From positions 7,998,001 to 8,062,000 of the forward strand of contig NC_134028.1 in NCBI RefSeq assembly GCF_964204645.1: DNA of 64,000 bases, written 5' to 3'. A model generated the notes under the pieces. It was not told where the DNA came from and ran no database searches. It saw only the letters and a list, made by a program, of their open reading frames with translations. Source of the DNA: Tubulanus polymorphus (lineage: Eukaryota > Animalia > Nemertea). The position numbers and the translations under genes are program-made. Shown here piece by piece: positions 59,603 to 64,000 of this stretch (its first letter is position 1; each line of letters begins with the position of its first letter).

Positions 59603-62600
59603 ATGTCCGGATATGCAAGACGCCCTCCCGACATAGAGAAGATGAGCTCGCTGAAAGTCGATAATTTAACCTACAGAACGTCGGAGGAGACGCTACGGAA
59701 AGTTTTCGAACGCTGCGGCGAGGTCGGGGACGTTTATATACCACGTGATCGACGCCATAAGGGCAGCCGCGGTTTTGCTTTCGTCAGGTAAAAAAACATC
59801 TGAATTTATTGTTTATGTTTCATGAGTTGTCTGTCGATCTAGTCTAGTCGTTTCTTGAAAAGTAAACACTCTGTGAGAATTATTGAACTTAGTTAAGCAG
59901 TCACAATGAAGCACTGCCTTTTTACAAGCACTGAAGCAGGCGGCCATGTTTGATATGTTATTTCATTTTGCCTTGCTTGGTCAGATCACGTAGCAGGGCT
60001 AATCTCTATTTTTCAACTTGACTTAAGAGCAGTCATCAAGTGGCCTAGCTTGGTCAGTTTTGGTGGTGCATACCTGATAATAGTCAGTAACCTGTCTGTG
60101 GTTTAGTTTCACGATCGGATATTTTCACAAACCACAGTCAGGAATGGGAAGGTCATTTTTGTATGAAATCTTCGTCAGCCAATTTGACTGACGAGTAATT
60201 TGCCTGGCATTTCATTGTCTCTTAAGATATCCGTCAAATTTTTGTTGTAATCGACACACAACAGATTCGTAGTTTGTCTGATACCTATAACACCTCACCT
60301 GACGATCTTAATCCATGTGCAAATCGGCCGTAAAGTGAGAGTAAATTTCCGTAGAGTCAACAGCTGCCATTTTGAAAATTACTGGAGGTGCTGGCACCTG
60401 TGGACTGAGGCCAGGACAACAGCACAAACTAACGAAGCGAAACGACGAAATTTAAAAATATTAAGAAATCAACACTTATTCACATTTTTCTTTTACCAGA
60501 ATTTATTATTTCATTATTTATAATGGAAAACACGAAGATTTGAAATATAGGTTGGAAAACCATCAAAAATAAAAATTGTCGTTTCGTCTTGAAAGTTTTA
60601 TCTAAATCCTTGTAGGTCCCCTTGTCTTATCATGCCACATGTGCAATACAGAGAAATGGCGGCCAATGGCGAAATTTGTAAGGAAATTAATTAATTTCTC
60701 AAAATAATGTTGATTAATCACTCGAAACATACATAGAATTGGATTATTTCGAAAGGTACCTGTGTTAGTTTGTGAATTAAGCCATTAATTGTGGACAGAA
60801 GTGAATAGAAAGTATATTTTTGAAGTGTTACTTTTTTCAACCGTGTTTTGGTCCTTGTCATCCTTAACGTTGGTATAAGCCCATCCGATTATAAAAAGCT
60901 TACCACCAACGATTAGGTAACTAACTAACCTGATAACAGTCCTGTTTAGGACCAAGAAGGACTGGCACAAGTGGATCAAAAAAGTCTATAAACATTGGGG
61001 AATTAGACAAATTTTGCAAAAATGACATCAATCAGAGGGAATTTTATTTTTATTTGTTACTGATTGCTTGTTTCTTTATTGATATATGATTTGTGGAATT
61101 TGATAGATTTAAACATTCTAAATCGAGAGATTTTCCATTCACCCGCCACAGATTCACTCAGGGAACTTGAGTTCATCCCGGTAAACTTGGGGGATCAGTA
61201 AATGAAGGAAAGTGGTCACTTTGGATGATTATATCACATAACTTCAACAACGTTCCAGATATAGGCGCCTAACCACGCATTCCTTGAGATGGTAGTTTTG
61301 GCCCTCTCCATAGTCTTTCAGTAACATGTCATGACTAGCCAATTGGCAGTGAATTTGACGCAATCAGCAGTGAAATTATGTTTTTTTAAACCATTGGGAA
61401 TTTATAATGAACTTTAAAAAAAATTACGATATAGAATGGACGACCGCTAATCATCCAGGAACATTATATGTGGTCTCTAAACAAAAAGAAAAGAAAACAA
61501 TGTTACGTAAATATATCGGCTATAAGCTGTTACATGCCATATTAAGTTTACATTTATGTTAGCAGTGACACATTAAACCTGAGTGTGGTCTTATCCAATA
61601 ATGATAATTGCTTTTGTTCGATCTAGATACTATGAAAAAGATGATGCTCACACCGCAATTCATCGCCTGGACGGAATTGATTTGGATGGACGTCAAATAC
61701 GTGTTCAGATAGCCAAATACGGACGACCGGATGGACACAGAAGCAGCGGGGGTGACCGAGGAGGTGGTCGTTATGGTTACAGATCCGGAGGAGGTGGAGG
61801 AGGAGGTTATGGCGGTCGATGGGGAGGGTAAGTTGTCGTCTTAAATCGTTTCCATGTCCGAGGTCTGGTGTACAGACCGGCAGGGCTTATTACTTAAATC
61901 ATTCAATATGATCTGTGTTCAGTGCTCTATATACTGGAATTTTAAATGGGCTGTATTCATTGTGAAATCGTATGACATTGTGGTTGTTGAAGTATCAAGG
62001 CTTTCGATCCCCCCAAAAAGAGGCATAGATTTTAAGCTTAATTTTGGTGTAATCTTATATTTTTCACATTAACTCAATATATTTCAAAGCAATTATCAAC
62101 ATTGGTGGAATATTGACCACCACTCCGGTAGGGGCAGCAGATATTTTAGGAGGGGTGGCTGATTTACAGAGGGGTGGATGCAAAAACCGGTTGTGGCGAA
62201 CACTTGAGAGAGTGTTACTTTTACCTGATGGGGTTAACTGAATTCAAAGTCAGGTGAGTTGACCATAGGTCTATAATACAGTCTTGATACTCATGGACCT
62301 GAATCTTTAGTTCTTGACTAGGATATGATTTGAATTCTTGAACACGGTTTGCCAGGTTTTGAGATAGATTTTGCACATTACAGTCTCAGTTAAGTTTTTC
62401 TTTTCACCAGAAGAGTCATCGTGTTGCTTAATTCATCGTTACTTTTTAAGTCCCAATTTGTATTTTCAATTTAACTGAAAATTGTAGACGTTCGTCGCAA
62501 GTACAGTGACTTAAGTGAGTTTGTCTGGTTTTCGCGATAAACACGAATTCAGAATTGAACTTTTTTAACATAGACAATAAGAGATAGGACACGGACTTCG

Positions 62601-62991
62601 CTCCAACCCGCGTTACGATTAGCATGTGAATTGTTTTGATGATTATTTTCTATGAAATTTCAGCGGCAGTTCACGGCGGTACAGCAGGCGTTCGCGTAGT
62701 CGTTCGCGCAGTCGATCGCGTAGCCGATCCAGATCGTACAGCCGCTCACGAAGTGTCTCGCGCGAACGTGACAGCAGACGCAACAAAGATGATGCTTCGC
62801 CCCGTCGCGATCGGGACGACACTCCGCCGCGTCGCGATCGAGATAGCAGTTCCCCGCGCCGAGATCGAGATGATAGTCCGCCGCGTCGAGATAGAGCTGA
62901 CAGCAGTTCGCCGCAGCGCGAAAGTCCACATCGACACCATGACAGCAGCCCTCCGCGCCGCGATAACGGACACGAGCACAGTCCTCACTAA
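59603..62991 (+). CDS. SRSF2: serine/arginine-rich splicing factor 2 (SC35)
   Basis: Exon 59603-59787 [46 protein letters not shown]; exon 61627-61827 [23 protein letters not shown] + Gly-rich linker; exon 62664-62991 RS domain. AATAAA at about 63488. Confidence 0.95.
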
Positions 62992-64000
62992 AATGAGGAT
63001 CGACGAAGTCAGCTCTTTGAGTCGAATAGTAACGTCGTAGCGGTCTAAAGTGTGCGGTGTACATTCCACGCGTCAATCGAATGCCGATTTTTTTCGTCAT
63101 AGGTAAAAAATGTTTCTTTTTTCGTTCGGTTTCGTCGTGTAATAATTATAAACAAAAATATATTCATATTTTCGAACGATCTGCTGGTACACATACTACT
63201 ACACCTTCGAACACGTTTATATAAATGATATGTATATTTTACCTTCGTAATCTTTTAAATGAAATGGTTTTCGATACAAATTTATTACTTGCCGAGTTAC
63301 TAGTAGTCAAATATTCGGATAGTTGTAAGATTTTGAGATTTGCGATGGCTTTTCAAAGTTTAGACTGGTTCTTTCTTTGGCTTTGATACGGCCTTTTCTT
63401 ATTAAATGTACCGAGAACTTTTTTTACGTTTGAAGTTTTGTATTTGAGAAAAAGAAAATCAACGTGGTCTATATGTATCGCCGCTGAATAAAAAAAAGAA
63501 CATTATTTCGACTTAAACAAAAGCGTGAGAAGTCCTTTCATTCTATCGTGAAGTTGTGGAAAATGGAGAAAATTAATTAATTATTATTAAAGTAGTGTAA
63601 TATTGTGCTTTTAAAGAGAAAAAAAAACTTACTGTAAATAATAACATTTTAAAGAGTGGACCGGATTTAAAACGCAGTAGATTCTGGCTTAATCCACGTC
63701 GGGCTGTGGTCATGTTCATTGCTCATCTGTCTCGGCTAACCTGACACGCTTGTGGTCATTAGTTCAAATTACTGGTGAGCTCATTTTGGTTGAAGCGATT
63801 GAAGTTGTGGATTCCTAGCTATAAACAAAAAGAAAATACTCGATGTCCGTATATCGGCTTGTCTTGGTTGAAATTATGAATTCAGCTAAGTAGTAAAACT
63901 AGCGAGTTCGTTAGAACTCATTTTTGAATCGATTTGGCTGATAAAGGCAGAGTCTACTGTAAAACTCGATTAAATCTTATTAAGCAGTTGTCATCAATCA

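Overview
AT-rich animal (invertebrate-type) genomic DNA with GT-AG spliced genes; the ORF track mostly shows exon fragments. Left to right: (1) Peter Pan/SSF1 Brix-domain gene (PPAN, minus, 10 coding exons, RGG-repeat tail). (2) A repeat-rich block at about 8-21 kb containing tRNA-derived remnants, an unclassified ~2.9 kb element with its own TATA/CCAAT promoter and decayed small ORFs, and an intronless rhodopsin-class GPCR pseudogene. The GPCR is partly duplicated, split by a young full-length Copia element (243-bp LTRs, GTTAA TSD) and cut at its N-terminus by a 5'-truncated CR1/L2-group LINE. (3) An SDS22-like LRR gene (+). (4) A one-intron actin gene with CArG boxes (+). (5) A head-to-head pair of paralogous five-SRCR type-I membrane receptors, one with a long tyrosine-motif tail and one ending just after NPxY. 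(6) An uncharacterised multi-exon gene with an E2F/CCAAT-type promoter (+). (7) SRSF2/SC35 (+). MITEs and SINE-like repeats are scattered throughout. Exon boundaries were read by eye and no database search was possible.
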